A DNA stretch of 64,000 nucleotides, taken from contig CAVSGV010000001.1 in assembly GCA_963727815.1 (NCBI GenBank), forward strand, positions 12,055 through 76,054, read 5' to 3'. Source of the stretch: an uncultured bacterium. Lineage in GTDB: Bacteria > Margulisbacteria > WOR-1 > CAVSGV01. A program made the position numbers and the translations under genes. Shown here in pieces: positions 28,457 to 37,635 of the stretch (position 1 is its first letter; every line of letters starts with the position of its first letter). The notes beneath the pieces are model-generated. The model had not been told where the DNA came from and searched no databases. It saw nothing but the letters and a program-made list of their open reading frames with translations.

Positions 28457-28485
28457 TTGTATTTCCCCTCCGGCTTTAGTAAAAT
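28457..28485 (+). promoter_or_regulatory. Candidate trxA promoter
   Basis: TTGTAT (28457-28462), a 17-nt spacer, then TAAAAT (28480-28485), followed by a GGAGG RBS and the ATG at 28517. This is a sequence match only. Confidence 0.3.
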
Positions 28486-28516
28486 CAAAATCCGGTGCGA
28501 TGGGAGGAAAAACAAT

Positions 28517-28840
28517 ATGAGCAAAGCTCAGGAAGTTAACGAATCGAATTTCGACGAGGAAGTGCTGAGGCACACCGCGCCCGTGCTCGTGGATTTCTGG
28601 GCGTCCTGGTGCGCTCCCTGCAGGACCCTCGCCCCCATCATCGACGCCACGGCGGCAGAGTTCACCGGAAAAGTAAAAGTGGTGAAACTGAACGTTGACG
28701 ACAATCAAAGCATCGCAGCCAAATACGCCGTAATGAGCATCCCGACGCTCGTTATATTCAAGGACGGCAAGGAAGCGGAACGCTCCGTCGGTTTCATCTC
28801 CCTGAAAAACCTTTCGGACAAACTAAAATCCCATTTATGA
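28517..28840 (+). CDS. trxA: Thioredoxin
   Basis: 107-aa product MSKAQEVNESNFDEEVL...VDFWASWCAPCRTLAPI, with the WCxPC active site. GGAGG lies 8 nt upstream. The ORF-track start at 28457 is an upstream extension. Confidence 0.93.
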   Translation: MSKAQEVNESNFDEEVLRHTAPVLVDFWASWCAPCRTLAPIIDATAAEFTGKVKVVKLNVDDNQSIAAKYAVMSIPTLVIFKDGKEAERSVGFISLKNLSDKLKSHL

Positions 28841-29544
28841 CCCTGGATATCAAGGGTTTCATAGAAACTTCCCTCGTTGATTGGGACGGAAAGATAGTTT
28901 CCGTCGTGTTCCTGCCCGGGTGCAACTTCCGCTGCCCCTACTGCCAGAACGCCGGCCTCATCGACCATCCCGAAAAATATAAGAGCATCCCCGAAGAAAA
29001 AGTTTTCGAATACCTTGAAAGCCACAAGGAGTTCATCGACGGGGTCTGCATCACCGGCGGCGAGCCTACGCTCCAAAAGAACAGCGGATTGACGGAATTC
29101 ATCGCGAGGCTGAAAAAAGACGGATTCCTTGTGAAACTGGACACGAACGGGAGCGATCCGGCGTACCTTAAAGAGCTTCTCGAAAACAAGATGATCGATT
29201 TTGTGGCGATGGACATCAAAGGACCGCCTGAAGATTACAACAGGGCGACGAACGTCAAGGTGAACACCCGTGACATCAAGGAAAGCATCAATATCCTTCT
29301 TAAAGGGGCGGTCGATTACGAGTTCCGCACGACCGTTGTTCCCACGATTACGGGAATGCCCGAACTTGAAGGCATATTAAGATTGATCAACGGCGCGAAG
29401 AAATACGTCCTCCAGCAATTCCAGCCCGAGAATTGCGAGGACATCGAGCTGAAGAAGCTTAAACCTGTCGACCGCGATACAATGATGGAAATGAAGAAAA
29501 CGTCAGAAGCGTACATTAAAAAGGTCGTCTACAGGGGAAAATAG
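28837..29544 (+). CDS. Radical SAM activating enzyme (anaerobic ribonucleotide reductase activase-like)
   Basis: 235 aa with N-terminus MTLDIKGFIETSLVDWDGKIVSVVFLPGCNFRCPYCQN. It has a CxxxCxxC cluster motif in the NrdG-type context and GGEPTL. No nrdD is present in the window. Confidence 0.8.
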   Translation: MTLDIKGFIETSLVDWDGKIVSVVFLPGCNFRCPYCQNAGLIDHPEKYKSIPEEKVFEYLESHKEFIDGVCITGGEPTLQKNSGLTEFIARLKKDGFLVKLDTNGSDPAYLKELLENKMIDFVAMDIKGPPEDYNRATNVKVNTRDIKESINILLKGAVDYEFRTTVVPTITGMPELEGILRLINGAKKYVLQQFQPENCEDIELKKLKPVDRDTMMEMKKTSEAYIKKVVYRGK

Positions 29545-29589
29545 GCTGCCGTTCCTATTTTATGTTTTCGATGATATAATCGAGAGACT

Positions 29590-29742
29590 ATGGGCAGATT
29601 ATCGGGATTGTTCACGGGTTTCTTCGGGCTGATATTTTTCGTCATATTGATGTCGATGATAATAATGTGGTTCTCCGCGCCCATCCTTCTTTACGCGATA
29701 TATCAGCAGCTGAAGATCCTCAACGAGAAGCTGAAAAAATGA
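29590..29742 (+). CDS. Hypothetical small membrane protein (50 aa)
   Basis: MGRLSGLFTGFFGLIFFVILMSMIIMWFSAPILLYAIYQQLKILNEKLKK. It has two hydrophobic segments, and its stop overlaps the rsmH ATG (ATGA). There is no homology evidence. Confidence 0.35.
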   Translation: MGRLSGLFTGFFGLIFFVILMSMIIMWFSAPILLYAIYQQLKILNEKLKK

Positions 29743-30671
29743 CGGAGCCAACCCGTTACGAACACACCCCGGTAATGGCCGGCGAAGTTTTCGATTATCT
29801 GAGCCTTAAACCCAACAGCTTGATCATCGATGCCACTTTGGGCGGGGGCGGCCATGCGAAAAAGATATTGGAAGCTTCAAAGACCATCAGGTTGATCGGC
29901 ATCGACCAGGATGCCGACGCTATTGAAGCCGCAAAAGAAAACCTCAAGATATATTCTGATAGAGTATCTTTTATTCAGGACAATTTTTTAAATATCAGAT
30001 CGCATCTCGCATCTCACATCTCGCACATCGATGGCATTCTCTTCGACCTGGGCGTTTCATCGTATCAGATCGATTCCGCAGAGCGCGGGTTCAGCTTCCA
30101 GGCCGATGCCCCCTTGGACATGAGGATGGACCGCTCCACGAAGATCACAGCTGCAGACCTGGTCAATGACCTTTGCCACGAAGAACTGGAGAAGATGATA
30201 CGTGATTACGGTGAAGACAGGTATTTCAAAAGGATAGCATCCTCGATCATAAAGAGAAGGCCGCTTTCAACAACATCTGAACTTGCTGATGCGGTCAAAT
30301 TCTCGATACCGAAGACGACGCCGGTCAATACGACGAAATCGATCGCGAGGGTCTTCCAGGCTTTAAGGATCGCCGTGAACGACGAGATGGAGAAGCTGAA
30401 GAAGGCTCTGCAGGATTCGATCGACGTTCTTGCTCCAAAAGGCAGGATTGTCGTGATATCTTATCACTCCCTGGAAGACAGGATAGTGAAGAGCACCTTC
30501 AAGACGGCGTCCGTCGATTGCATCTGCCCGCCGAAACAGCCCGCGTGCACTTGCGATCACAAAAAACAGCTGAACATCCTGACCAAAAAACCGGTCACTC
30601 CATCCGATGAAGAGGTAAGAGCTAATCCGAGATCGAGGAGCGCTAAATTGAGGGCGGCAGAAAAGATATGA
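29739..30671 (+). CDS. rsmH: 16S rRNA (cytosine1402-N4)-methyltransferase
   Basis: MTEPTRYEHTPVMAGEVFDYL...DATLGGGGHA...DGILFDLGVSSYQID...SYHSLEDRIVK, the canonical RsmH/MraW blocks. I prefer the ATG at 29739 to the ORF-track start at 29667. Confidence 0.93.
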   Translation: MTEPTRYEHTPVMAGEVFDYLSLKPNSLIIDATLGGGGHAKKILEASKTIRLIGIDQDADAIEAAKENLKIYSDRVSFIQDNFLNIRSHLASHISHIDGILFDLGVSSYQIDSAERGFSFQADAPLDMRMDRSTKITAADLVNDLCHEELEKMIRDYGEDRYFKRIASSIIKRRPLSTTSELADAVKFSIPKTTPVNTTKSIARVFQALRIAVNDEMEKLKKALQDSIDVLAPKGRIVVISYHSLEDRIVKSTFKTASVDCICPPKQPACTCDHKKQLNILTKKPVTPSDEEVRANPRSRSAKLRAAEKI

Positions 30672-30703
30672 AGCCTGCGACTAAACGTCGCGGCTTCCAT
30701 TGT

Positions 30704-30770
30704 GTCACCCTGAGCAATAGCGAAGGGTCTGCGTTTAAAAATGCGGATGCTTCGCTGCGCTCAGCATGAC
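30704..30770. repeat. Short palindromic repeat element, copy 1 (GTCACCCTGAGC...GCTCAGCATGAC)
   Basis: GTCACCCTGAGCAATAGCGAAGGGTCTGCGTTT... is shared with 42942-43013. The terminal arms GTCACCCTGAGC/GCTCAGCATGAC and the inner arms AGCGAAG/CTTCGCT can pair. Confidence 0.6.
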
Positions 30771-30824
30771 TATCAGGAAACCGCGACGATATTGTCGCAG
30801 GTTTCCGAACTGGAAGGAAATATC

Positions 30825-31100
30825 ATGAAAATTCTTAGAGCATTCGCAATATTGATAATTTTCGTCGCGCTTGCGGCGATACACCTTGCCATATATACGG
30901 GAAGCATCAAAACAGGGTATGAGATAGACGATCTGAAAAAACAGCTCGACAGCGTACGCAACGAGAACCGGTACCTGAACTATCTTGTGGCGAAGGAAGA
31001 AGCGCTTCCAAGGATAGAACAGATAGCAAAAGGAAAGTTGAACATGGTCTATCCCGAAAAGATCAACTACGTTACAGTGGCCTCGAAGGAATCCGAGTAG
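30825..31100 (+). CDS. ftsL: Cell division protein FtsL-like
   Basis: 91 aa: MKILRAFAILIIFVALAAIHLAIYTG, a single TM followed by a coiled-coil segment (IDDLKKQLDSVRNENRYLNYLVAKEE). It lies directly after rsmH, and GGAAGGA lies 7 nt upstream. Confidence 0.7.
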   Translation: MKILRAFAILIIFVALAAIHLAIYTGSIKTGYEIDDLKKQLDSVRNENRYLNYLVAKEEALPRIEQIAKGKLNMVYPEKINYVTVASKESE

Positions 31101-33533
31101 CTACATATTCAATTTGAATTCAGCAAGCCCGCCTCTGTCGGGGAAAATTCCGTTGCCCAGTCCGAGCGCTTTCACGGTCCCCATGCCCAGGTTAAACAGC
31201 GCATTCTCGTCGCGGTAATAGACCAGCTGAGGCTCTCCGTTTATCTTCGCCATGTCCGCCGCAAGCTTGACGGAGTCGGTGAAATTCCCCATTTTATCCA
31301 CCAGCTTTACGTCCATCGCCTGGTTGCCGGTGTAAACTTTTCCTTCGGCCAGCGCGTAAACTTCCGTGGTCGTCATTTTTCTTCCGTCGGCGACGGCCTT
31401 TACGAAATCGTCATACGTCTCGTCCATGTAATCTGAAATGGTCTTGACCTCATCGGGCGAAAGTTTCCTGAGTCCGGAGAACATGTCGGAGTGTTCCCCC
31501 TCCTTGATCGACTCGGCCTTAATGCCGAGCATCTTCAGAAGCCCGGAGTAATTCATGATATCGGCTTCTATAACGCCGATGCTGCCGGTGATCGTTCCGG
31601 GATCGGCAACGATCTTGTCCGCGGCCGCGGCGATGTAATATCCGCCGGAAGCCGCCACATCGCCCATCGACGCGACGATGATCTTTCCCTTGTCCTTTGC
31701 CTTCCTTAGTTCATGATATATCTGTCCGGACGCGACCGCAGACCCGCCTCCGCTGTTTATCCTGACTATTATGGCTTTCACCTGCCAGTCGTCCTCGGCT
31801 CTCTTTATCCTGTCGGTAATATCATCCGCGCCGGTGACCGTTCCGCCGAATATGACGTTCTTCCCCGATCTTCCGGTTACAATGTCGCCGTCAATGTCTA
31901 TCACGGCTATTTTGCTGGGGAATGAGAAGAAATACGACTGGTCCGTGTTCCGCATGATATCCTTCTGCGCAATCATCTGGATGTCATCTTTCGTCTTGCA
32001 CAGCTCGGCCGCCGCTTTTTTGGCGTCTTCGAAGTAGCCGACCTGGTCAATGAGCCCCAGCTCCTTGCCCTTCGCGGCGGAGAAAATGCTCCCGTCGGAT
32101 ATGTCTTTAAGCTTGGCGAGAGTTATTTTGTCCTTCCTGGATTCGCCGATGTCGGTCACCATCTGCCTGTAAAGGTCCGCAAGTATCTCGCGGACAAGAA
32201 GCCTTTGTTCTTTTGTCAGCTCCGATGACATCTCGTTGAACGTGGTCTTGTACTTGCCCTTCGCTATTATCTGCATCTCGACGCCGATCTTTTCAAGAAG
32301 GCCGTTCACCTTCATTATGTTGATGGACTTGCCAAGCCCGCCGACCGTTCCCCCCGGAGGAGCGACCACCACGTCCGCGACCGATGACAGATAATATTCA
32401 TCCCCAAGAGTTCCCTCCTCCATGTAAGCCACGATCTTCTTTCCCTTCGCCTTGGCTTTAAGGAGTTCGGTCCTTATTTCCTGGACTATCGCGTAAGAAC
32501 CCAGGCCGCCGTCAAAACCGTGCACTCTCAGGATTATGCCGTCGATGTAGGGGTCGTCGGTGGAATCCTTTATCTCCTGGATGATGGAGTCCGCGCCTAT
32601 CCTGCCCCCGCCGAAAATGCTGAAGTCCCCCAGCCCGCCCACGATGTTGCCGCCTATTTCTATGAGAGCGAATTCCTTAGGCCGGACGATGGACATCGCG
32701 CGCTTCGGCTTTTCGAAGAAGCTTATCTCGCCGCCTATCATCTGGACGGTCCCGCTGTTCGCGGCGCTGTTCAGCTCTCCCGCGTAATTGATCCTCATGA
32801 TGGGAAGGTCCAGGCTTGCCCCGAAAGTGGTGAACCCTCTGTCGATGCCGGTCCTCAGCATGAAGCCGTCAACGACCTTTATTTCCAATCCGTAATGAGT
32901 GAAATCCCCGGGTCCCTGCCTGGCTAATTCGGAATCTGCCGCGATCAACAGCCAGTCGTCGAAAGGCCTGTACGCCATTCCCACTCTCGCCGAGCCTGGG
33001 ATATCGAGCGGGCTTTCGGCAACGGCATCCTGTCCGAGTATTCCCAGGGTAAGCTGCGGCGACAGTTTCATCAGGAACCCAACGTCAACGCTGTATCCCC
33101 GGTGGGCTTCGGTGGACGTCTCCCAGTAGAGGTTCTTATATGTAAGACCGTAGCTTATGCCCATCGCGCTCTGGACGCCCGTCGCGAACATGTCCGCCTT
33201 GAATTTCTCGCCCGTCGGCAGGATCTTATCCATGCCGTAGTAACCGATGGTCCCGAGGTTGTAGCTGTAATAATGGTTCTCGTCGATGACTTCCTTGTTC
33301 GTGTCGATATTGCCGAAAGAAAATCCCGGCGCGGCGGCGTTCGCCATTCCTGCGGGGTTGTAGAAGACGCAGCTCAGGTCGTCGGCGACCGCGGTGGCAG
33401 CCCCGCCCATGCCCGCCTGCCTCACCGACGTTGTGCCTTTAGAGAATTCCTCCTGGACAGTGTCTGCGAAAGCGGCAGTCAACATCACGGTGATGATCGT
33501 AATAATGACCGCAGAGATGAACTCCGCTCTCAA
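31101..33533 (-). CDS. sppA: Signal peptide peptidase SppA (two S49 domains) fused to an N-terminal outer-membrane beta-barrel-like domain
   Basis: The C-terminal ~530 aa hold two ClpP/S49 repeats (…ILRVHGFDGGLGS… and …IIVRINSGGGSAVASG…MGDVAASGGYYIA…). The N-terminal ~300 aa hold ...VRQAGMGGAATAVADDLSCVFYNPAGMA..., with alternating-strand character. I prefer the TTG at 33533, which gives signal peptide MRAEFISAVIITIITVMLTAAFA/DT. The ORF-track start at 33641 would overlap gltX. Confidence 0.85.
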   Translation of the reverse strand: MRAEFISAVIITIITVMLTAAFADTVQEEFSKGTTSVRQAGMGGAATAVADDLSCVFYNPAGMANAAAPGFSFGNIDTNKEVIDENHYYSYNLGTIGYYGMDKILPTGEKFKADMFATGVQSAMGISYGLTYKNLYWETSTEAHRGYSVDVGFLMKLSPQLTLGILGQDAVAESPLDIPGSARVGMAYRPFDDWLLIAADSELARQGPGDFTHYGLEIKVVDGFMLRTGIDRGFTTFGASLDLPIMRINYAGELNSAANSGTVQMIGGEISFFEKPKRAMSIVRPKEFALIEIGGNIVGGLGDFSIFGGGRIGADSIIQEIKDSTDDPYIDGIILRVHGFDGGLGSYAIVQEIRTELLKAKAKGKKIVAYMEEGTLGDEYYLSSVADVVVAPPGGTVGGLGKSINIMKVNGLLEKIGVEMQIIAKGKYKTTFNEMSSELTKEQRLLVREILADLYRQMVTDIGESRKDKITLAKLKDISDGSIFSAAKGKELGLIDQVGYFEDAKKAAAELCKTKDDIQMIAQKDIMRNTDQSYFFSFPSKIAVIDIDGDIVTGRSGKNVIFGGTVTGADDITDRIKRAEDDWQVKAIIVRINSGGGSAVASGQIYHELRKAKDKGKIIVASMGDVAASGGYYIAAAADKIVADPGTITGSIGVIEADIMNYSGLLKMLGIKAESIKEGEHSDMFSGLRKLSPDEVKTISDYMDETYDDFVKAVADGRKMTTTEVYALAEGKVYTGNQAMDVKLVDKMGNFTDSVKLAADMAKINGEPQLVYYRDENALFNLGMGTVKALGLGNGIFPDRGGLAEFKLNM

Positions 33534-33629
33534 AACAAAAGAGCACAGCTTGCCTGTGCGGATTATTTGCTTGTGAGTAATTTTTCTGCATTCTTGCAAC
33601 AAAGTATCGGTAATTGTATACTGCTTGCT

Positions 33630-35084
33630 ATGGATAATCAAGATTCAGCCTCGCCTGCGAGCGGACAGGTCAGAGTGAGATTTGCGCCGTCGCCCACGGG
33701 ATTCCTCCACATAGGCGGCGCGAGGACGGCGCTCTACAACTGGCTTTTCGCAAAGGCCAACAACGGAACGTTCATCCTGAGGATCGAAGACACCGACAGG
33801 ACCCGCTCTACCGAGGAGGCCGTGAAGGCGATACTCGACGGCATGGAATGGCTGGGGCTTGATTGGAACGAAGGGCCGGACGTCGGCGGGGAATTCGGGC
33901 CGTATTTTCAGACCCAGAGGCTGGATACTTACAAGGAATGGGCGGACAAGCTTCTTGCTGAAGGAAAAGCCTATTATTGTTTCTGCACACCCGAGGAGCT
34001 GGCGGAACAGAGAAGGATCGCCGCAGAAAAAAAAGAGGCTCCCAAATATGGCGGAAAATGCAGGAACCTGAAAAAAGAAGAGGCCGCAAGAAGGCAGGAG
34101 AGCGGAGAGCCGTGCGTCATTCGATTCAAGCTGCCTGATACCGGCGTCACCAAAGTGCGCGATCTCATCCGAGGCGAAGTTTCGTTCGAAAATGAAGTGC
34201 TGGATGATTTTGTGATCGTTAAGTCCGACGGGTTCCCCACGTATAATTTCGCAGCAGTAGTTGACGATAATCTGATGCGGATAACGCATGTGATACGCGG
34301 CGACGATCATTTATCGAACACGCCAAGACAGATACTTTTATACAAGGCTTTCGGCCTCACTCCTCCTCAATTCGCGCACATTCCCATGATAATGGGACAG
34401 GACAAGGCGAGGTTATCAAAGCGGCACGGCGCGACGAGTGTCATCGAATATAAGACGATGGGTTATCTTCCTGAGGCCGTGGTCAATTACATCGCCCGCC
34501 TCGGCTGGGGCCACAGGGACCAGGAGATCTTCTCCAGGCAGGAGCTGATCGATCTTTTCAGGCTTGAGAAAGTCTCGAAGACGCCGGCGATATTCGATTT
34601 CAACAAGCTGAACTGGCTGAACGCGCATTACATAAAGACATCTGAACTTGATAGGATCGTGGGGCTTTGCCTGCCTCTCATCGAAGCGGCGTATCCGAAC
34701 GTCAACAGGCATTATGCGCACAAGGTGATAAAGAGCCTGCAGGAGAGGCTGAAGGTTATACCGGACATCGTTCCGCTTTCAGAATATTTCTTCAAGGACA
34801 ACTTTACGGTGGAGCCTGAAGCGAAAGCGAAATATCTTGATAAACCCGGAGCAAAGGAATTGATCGCGAAGTTGAGAGCGAGGATCGAGAAGATCGATCA
34901 CATGGACCATGCCAGCCTGGAGGCGGCTTTCAAGAGTTTGGCGGAAGAAGCGAAAGTCAAGCTGGGTGAGATAATCCATCCTGTTAGGGTGATGCTGACC
35001 GGAAGGGCGGAATCGCCCGGCATCTACGAAGTCATCGAGGTCCTGGGAAAAGAAAAGACGCTAAAAAGACTGGCGGATCTTTAG
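33630..35084 (+). CDS. gltX: Glutamate--tRNA ligase
   Basis: 484-aa product MDNQDSASPASGQVRVRFAPSPTGFLHIGGARTALYNW, with the HIGH motif and the KMSKS-type motif RLSKRHG. The ORF-track start at 33102 is an antisense-to-sppA extension. Confidence 0.95.
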   Translation: MDNQDSASPASGQVRVRFAPSPTGFLHIGGARTALYNWLFAKANNGTFILRIEDTDRTRSTEEAVKAILDGMEWLGLDWNEGPDVGGEFGPYFQTQRLDTYKEWADKLLAEGKAYYCFCTPEELAEQRRIAAEKKEAPKYGGKCRNLKKEEAARRQESGEPCVIRFKLPDTGVTKVRDLIRGEVSFENEVLDDFVIVKSDGFPTYNFAAVVDDNLMRITHVIRGDDHLSNTPRQILLYKAFGLTPPQFAHIPMIMGQDKARLSKRHGATSVIEYKTMGYLPEAVVNYIARLGWGHRDQEIFSRQELIDLFRLEKVSKTPAIFDFNKLNWLNAHYIKTSELDRIVGLCLPLIEAAYPNVNRHYAHKVIKSLQERLKVIPDIVPLSEYFFKDNFTVEPEAKAKYLDKPGAKELIAKLRARIEKIDHMDHASLEAAFKSLAEEAKVKLGEIIHPVRVMLTGRAESPGIYEVIEVLGKEKTLKRLADL

Positions 35085-37435
35085 AACTTCAGGTTCAGGA
35101 AATCCAGCACCCAGATGGCCATTGCCCTAAGGTAATTCTGGCCGACAAAATCTCCTTCTTCATTGAAGCCTTCCGGCGTTCTTGCAAAATATCCCTTTTT
35201 GGTGAGAACGCCGTTAATACCCTTTAATATCTGCATGCCCTCTTTCTTCATTCCGTAATGGAGCATAAGCGCCGCCAGGAAGAAATTCGCTCCGACCCAT
35301 GCGTCATCGGCTTGCTCGTGTCCCACGGGGCTGCCGTCGGCATGCCGCGCGTTCACCGCGCCCATGTGGCCCCTTAGCTCGCCTTTTCCGAAAGTAAGAA
35401 CGTTCTTCTTATAGATCTCACGCAAAGTGCTTTTCGCCTTTTCATCGGACATGAGAGAGGGAAGGCCAAGTATTATGGTGAATAATTGTCCTGCTAGTTG
35501 GTCCGTAAGTATGTCTTTGTTGCCCTCGAAGATATCATAATATTTGCCGTTCCAGAGCTTCTTGTCCAAAATAGGTTTGCCCTTTTTAAGCCATTCCTGG
35601 AAGTCTTTGGTTTCAGCTTCCTTCCCTATCTCCTTGCCCATCGCTATGGCGGACTCGAGGGAGGCGAGCCACAGCATTCCGCAGTACGCTGAAACGCCTT
35701 TCATTTCGTAATTATCATAGGTCTGATCCTTTCCGTTGTTCTCTATCATGCCGTCATTGTTCTTGTCCCCGATCTTTTTAAGATAGTACAAAGATTTTTT
35801 TATCGCGGGCCAGCTCTGCTTCAGGAATTTCTTGTCCTTGCCGCTGTTCTGGTATACCAGCTGCATAAGCAGTACGAACTTTGAATTGATGTCCTTCCAT
35901 AGGTTCGGATTGCGCCATATGTAATCATTAAGTCGTTTTAGCGCCTTCTTCGCGTTGGCCAGATCGTGAGGAAGCGCCCATAGCTCTTTCAATACGCCGG
36001 AGAATTGCTCTTTGTGACCGGGGGCGTATTTCTTTTTCTTGTCAAAATGATAGCTCCAGTACCTGGTCTTGCGATGGTTCTTCTTGCCGGCGGCCGCGAC
36101 GAACTGTTTCATTATCTGTTTTGCAAGCTCAGGCCACATCTTTACCAGCGGGAATAAGCCGTAGAAAAGAACGTCAAGCGTGCAGTAAAAGAAATAGTCG
36201 AAGCATTCAAGCAGGCCGAACTCGCCCGTTTTCGCATCCCATATGGTGCCGCCGTCCGCAAGGAAATACATCTCGTTGGCCATCATATTGGCAAGCCAGG
36301 CGGGATAACGCTTTTTAAGGTCATTCTGCATCTCAATTATGGATTTTTCCCAGCCTTTATAATTCGCCAGAGCTATCCTGCCTATCTTTGCCGCATTCCT
36401 TCCATTACCGTCAAAAAATCGCGTGTAATGGCGCTGCGCGCTGTTAATGGGCTGCCGCTTACGGGACAACCTTTCATAATCCGGTCTGTCCCACGAAAGC
36501 GCGAAAGGAATTTCCACCTTTTCTCCCGGCTTCATCGTCAGCTGGATTGCTAATGCGGCCGCGTTCCTTTTTCCTTTCGCGTTAACGGCTTTATTATCAA
36601 GTACGCCGTAATTACTGAACGGCTTCCAGACCACATTGCCGGATGCGGAAGGGTCGAAATCTTTTTGCCACGTGACAAGGCCGTTATTTTGATGCCCCAC
36701 GGAAATGGCGAATTGGCCTTTTGTTTTCTTATGCCCCATTACTATGCTGGTGGTATCCTCGTCACCGACCACTTCATTGATCGTGTCGCCCGGTTTTGGA
36801 ACGAATTTACAGAGTTCCGAATTGTGCGGCACGTTCGGCCAGGTTATGGGCCAGCCGGAAATATTTTCCGCCGTCATCATTATCGTAAGGTCCACCACTT
36901 TTTTTGAGGTGTTCACCGCCTCCCATTTGTAAACCCCGACAGGATAGCTGGATTCCTTATAATTCTTCGTGATGACCGGCGAGAACTGCGTGCATATCAA
37001 TTTCACGGGCCATTTCTCATTGTCATAAGTGAAACCTGATATCGGATAGGAAGCAAAATAATGGCCTTTCCCTTTTGGATAGCCGTAATTAAAGGCGGAG
37101 AGTTCCCTGCCTTTCGGTTTATTGGTGGAAAGGCTCCAGGCCACCGGTTTTTTCCCGGATTCCCTTTGCATTACGTGGAACTGGAACGCAGGGATATTGC
37201 GGTACACAAGCCGCCCGTTGCCAAGGGTCCATGTGGAAAAATCCCCTTCCGGCGTGCGGCCGATGGTGCCTGCTCCGAGACCGCCTATCGGGTAGCCGTG
37301 CGGATAAGTATCGATCAATACGATCTTCCTGAACCCTGTTATCTTGTCCGGATTCTTCGGGTCCTCGAACAGAGGCGTCATGGATTTTTCTTTGCCCGGC
37401 TTCGGAATGACTCCGATAGGCATGGAGAAAGACAT
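35081..37435 (-). CDS. Glycoside hydrolase family 116-like (GBA2-type beta-glucosidase/glucosylceramidase)
   Basis: 784 aa. The N-terminal block YPIGGLGAGTIGRTPEGDFSTWTL and the large (alpha/alpha)6-like C-terminal half are typical of GH116/DUF608 proteins. Confidence 0.8.
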   Translation of the reverse strand: MSFSMPIGVIPKPGKEKSMTPLFEDPKNPDKITGFRKIVLIDTYPHGYPIGGLGAGTIGRTPEGDFSTWTLGNGRLVYRNIPAFQFHVMQRESGKKPVAWSLSTNKPKGRELSAFNYGYPKGKGHYFASYPISGFTYDNEKWPVKLICTQFSPVITKNYKESSYPVGVYKWEAVNTSKKVVDLTIMMTAENISGWPITWPNVPHNSELCKFVPKPGDTINEVVGDEDTTSIVMGHKKTKGQFAISVGHQNNGLVTWQKDFDPSASGNVVWKPFSNYGVLDNKAVNAKGKRNAAALAIQLTMKPGEKVEIPFALSWDRPDYERLSRKRQPINSAQRHYTRFFDGNGRNAAKIGRIALANYKGWEKSIIEMQNDLKKRYPAWLANMMANEMYFLADGGTIWDAKTGEFGLLECFDYFFYCTLDVLFYGLFPLVKMWPELAKQIMKQFVAAAGKKNHRKTRYWSYHFDKKKKYAPGHKEQFSGVLKELWALPHDLANAKKALKRLNDYIWRNPNLWKDINSKFVLLMQLVYQNSGKDKKFLKQSWPAIKKSLYYLKKIGDKNNDGMIENNGKDQTYDNYEMKGVSAYCGMLWLASLESAIAMGKEIGKEAETKDFQEWLKKGKPILDKKLWNGKYYDIFEGNKDILTDQLAGQLFTIILGLPSLMSDEKAKSTLREIYKKNVLTFGKGELRGHMGAVNARHADGSPVGHEQADDAWVGANFFLAALMLHYGMKKEGMQILKGINGVLTKKGYFARTPEGFNEEGDFVGQNYLRAMAIWVLDFLNLKF

Positions 37436-37570
37436 ATTATTTAAAAAATTAAAGTAAGCTTTTACTATGTTCGGTGGAATAGATGCTCTTCCCCTTTCAT
37501 GGAAATTGATCCGTAGAATTATCGGAATATCAGAGCGGAAATTTCAGTTTAGAAGCAAATTGTTTGGGTC

Positions 37571-37635
37571 GGAACCTGAGGCTGAAAGCCTCGGTTCCAA
37601 CTTTTTAGGAACCGCGACTTTTAGTCGCAGGTTCC
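37571..37635 (-). terminator. Two tandem GGAACC-clamped hairpins at the 3' end of speB
   Basis: GGAACCTGAGGC-tgaa-GCCTCGGTTCC (37571-37598) and GGAACCGCGAC-tttta-GTCGCAGGTTCC (37608-37635). The second encodes the last ~10 codons of speB. The first is nearly identical to 58651-58678. Confidence 0.45.

Noticed and set aside
33102-33629. The 176-codon upstream extension of the gltX ORF, which would give a 660-aa product.
   Set aside because: The extension is antisense to the sppA coding sequence and is Arg/His-rich nonsense. GltX homology starts at MDNQDSAS (33630), just before the HIGH motif.
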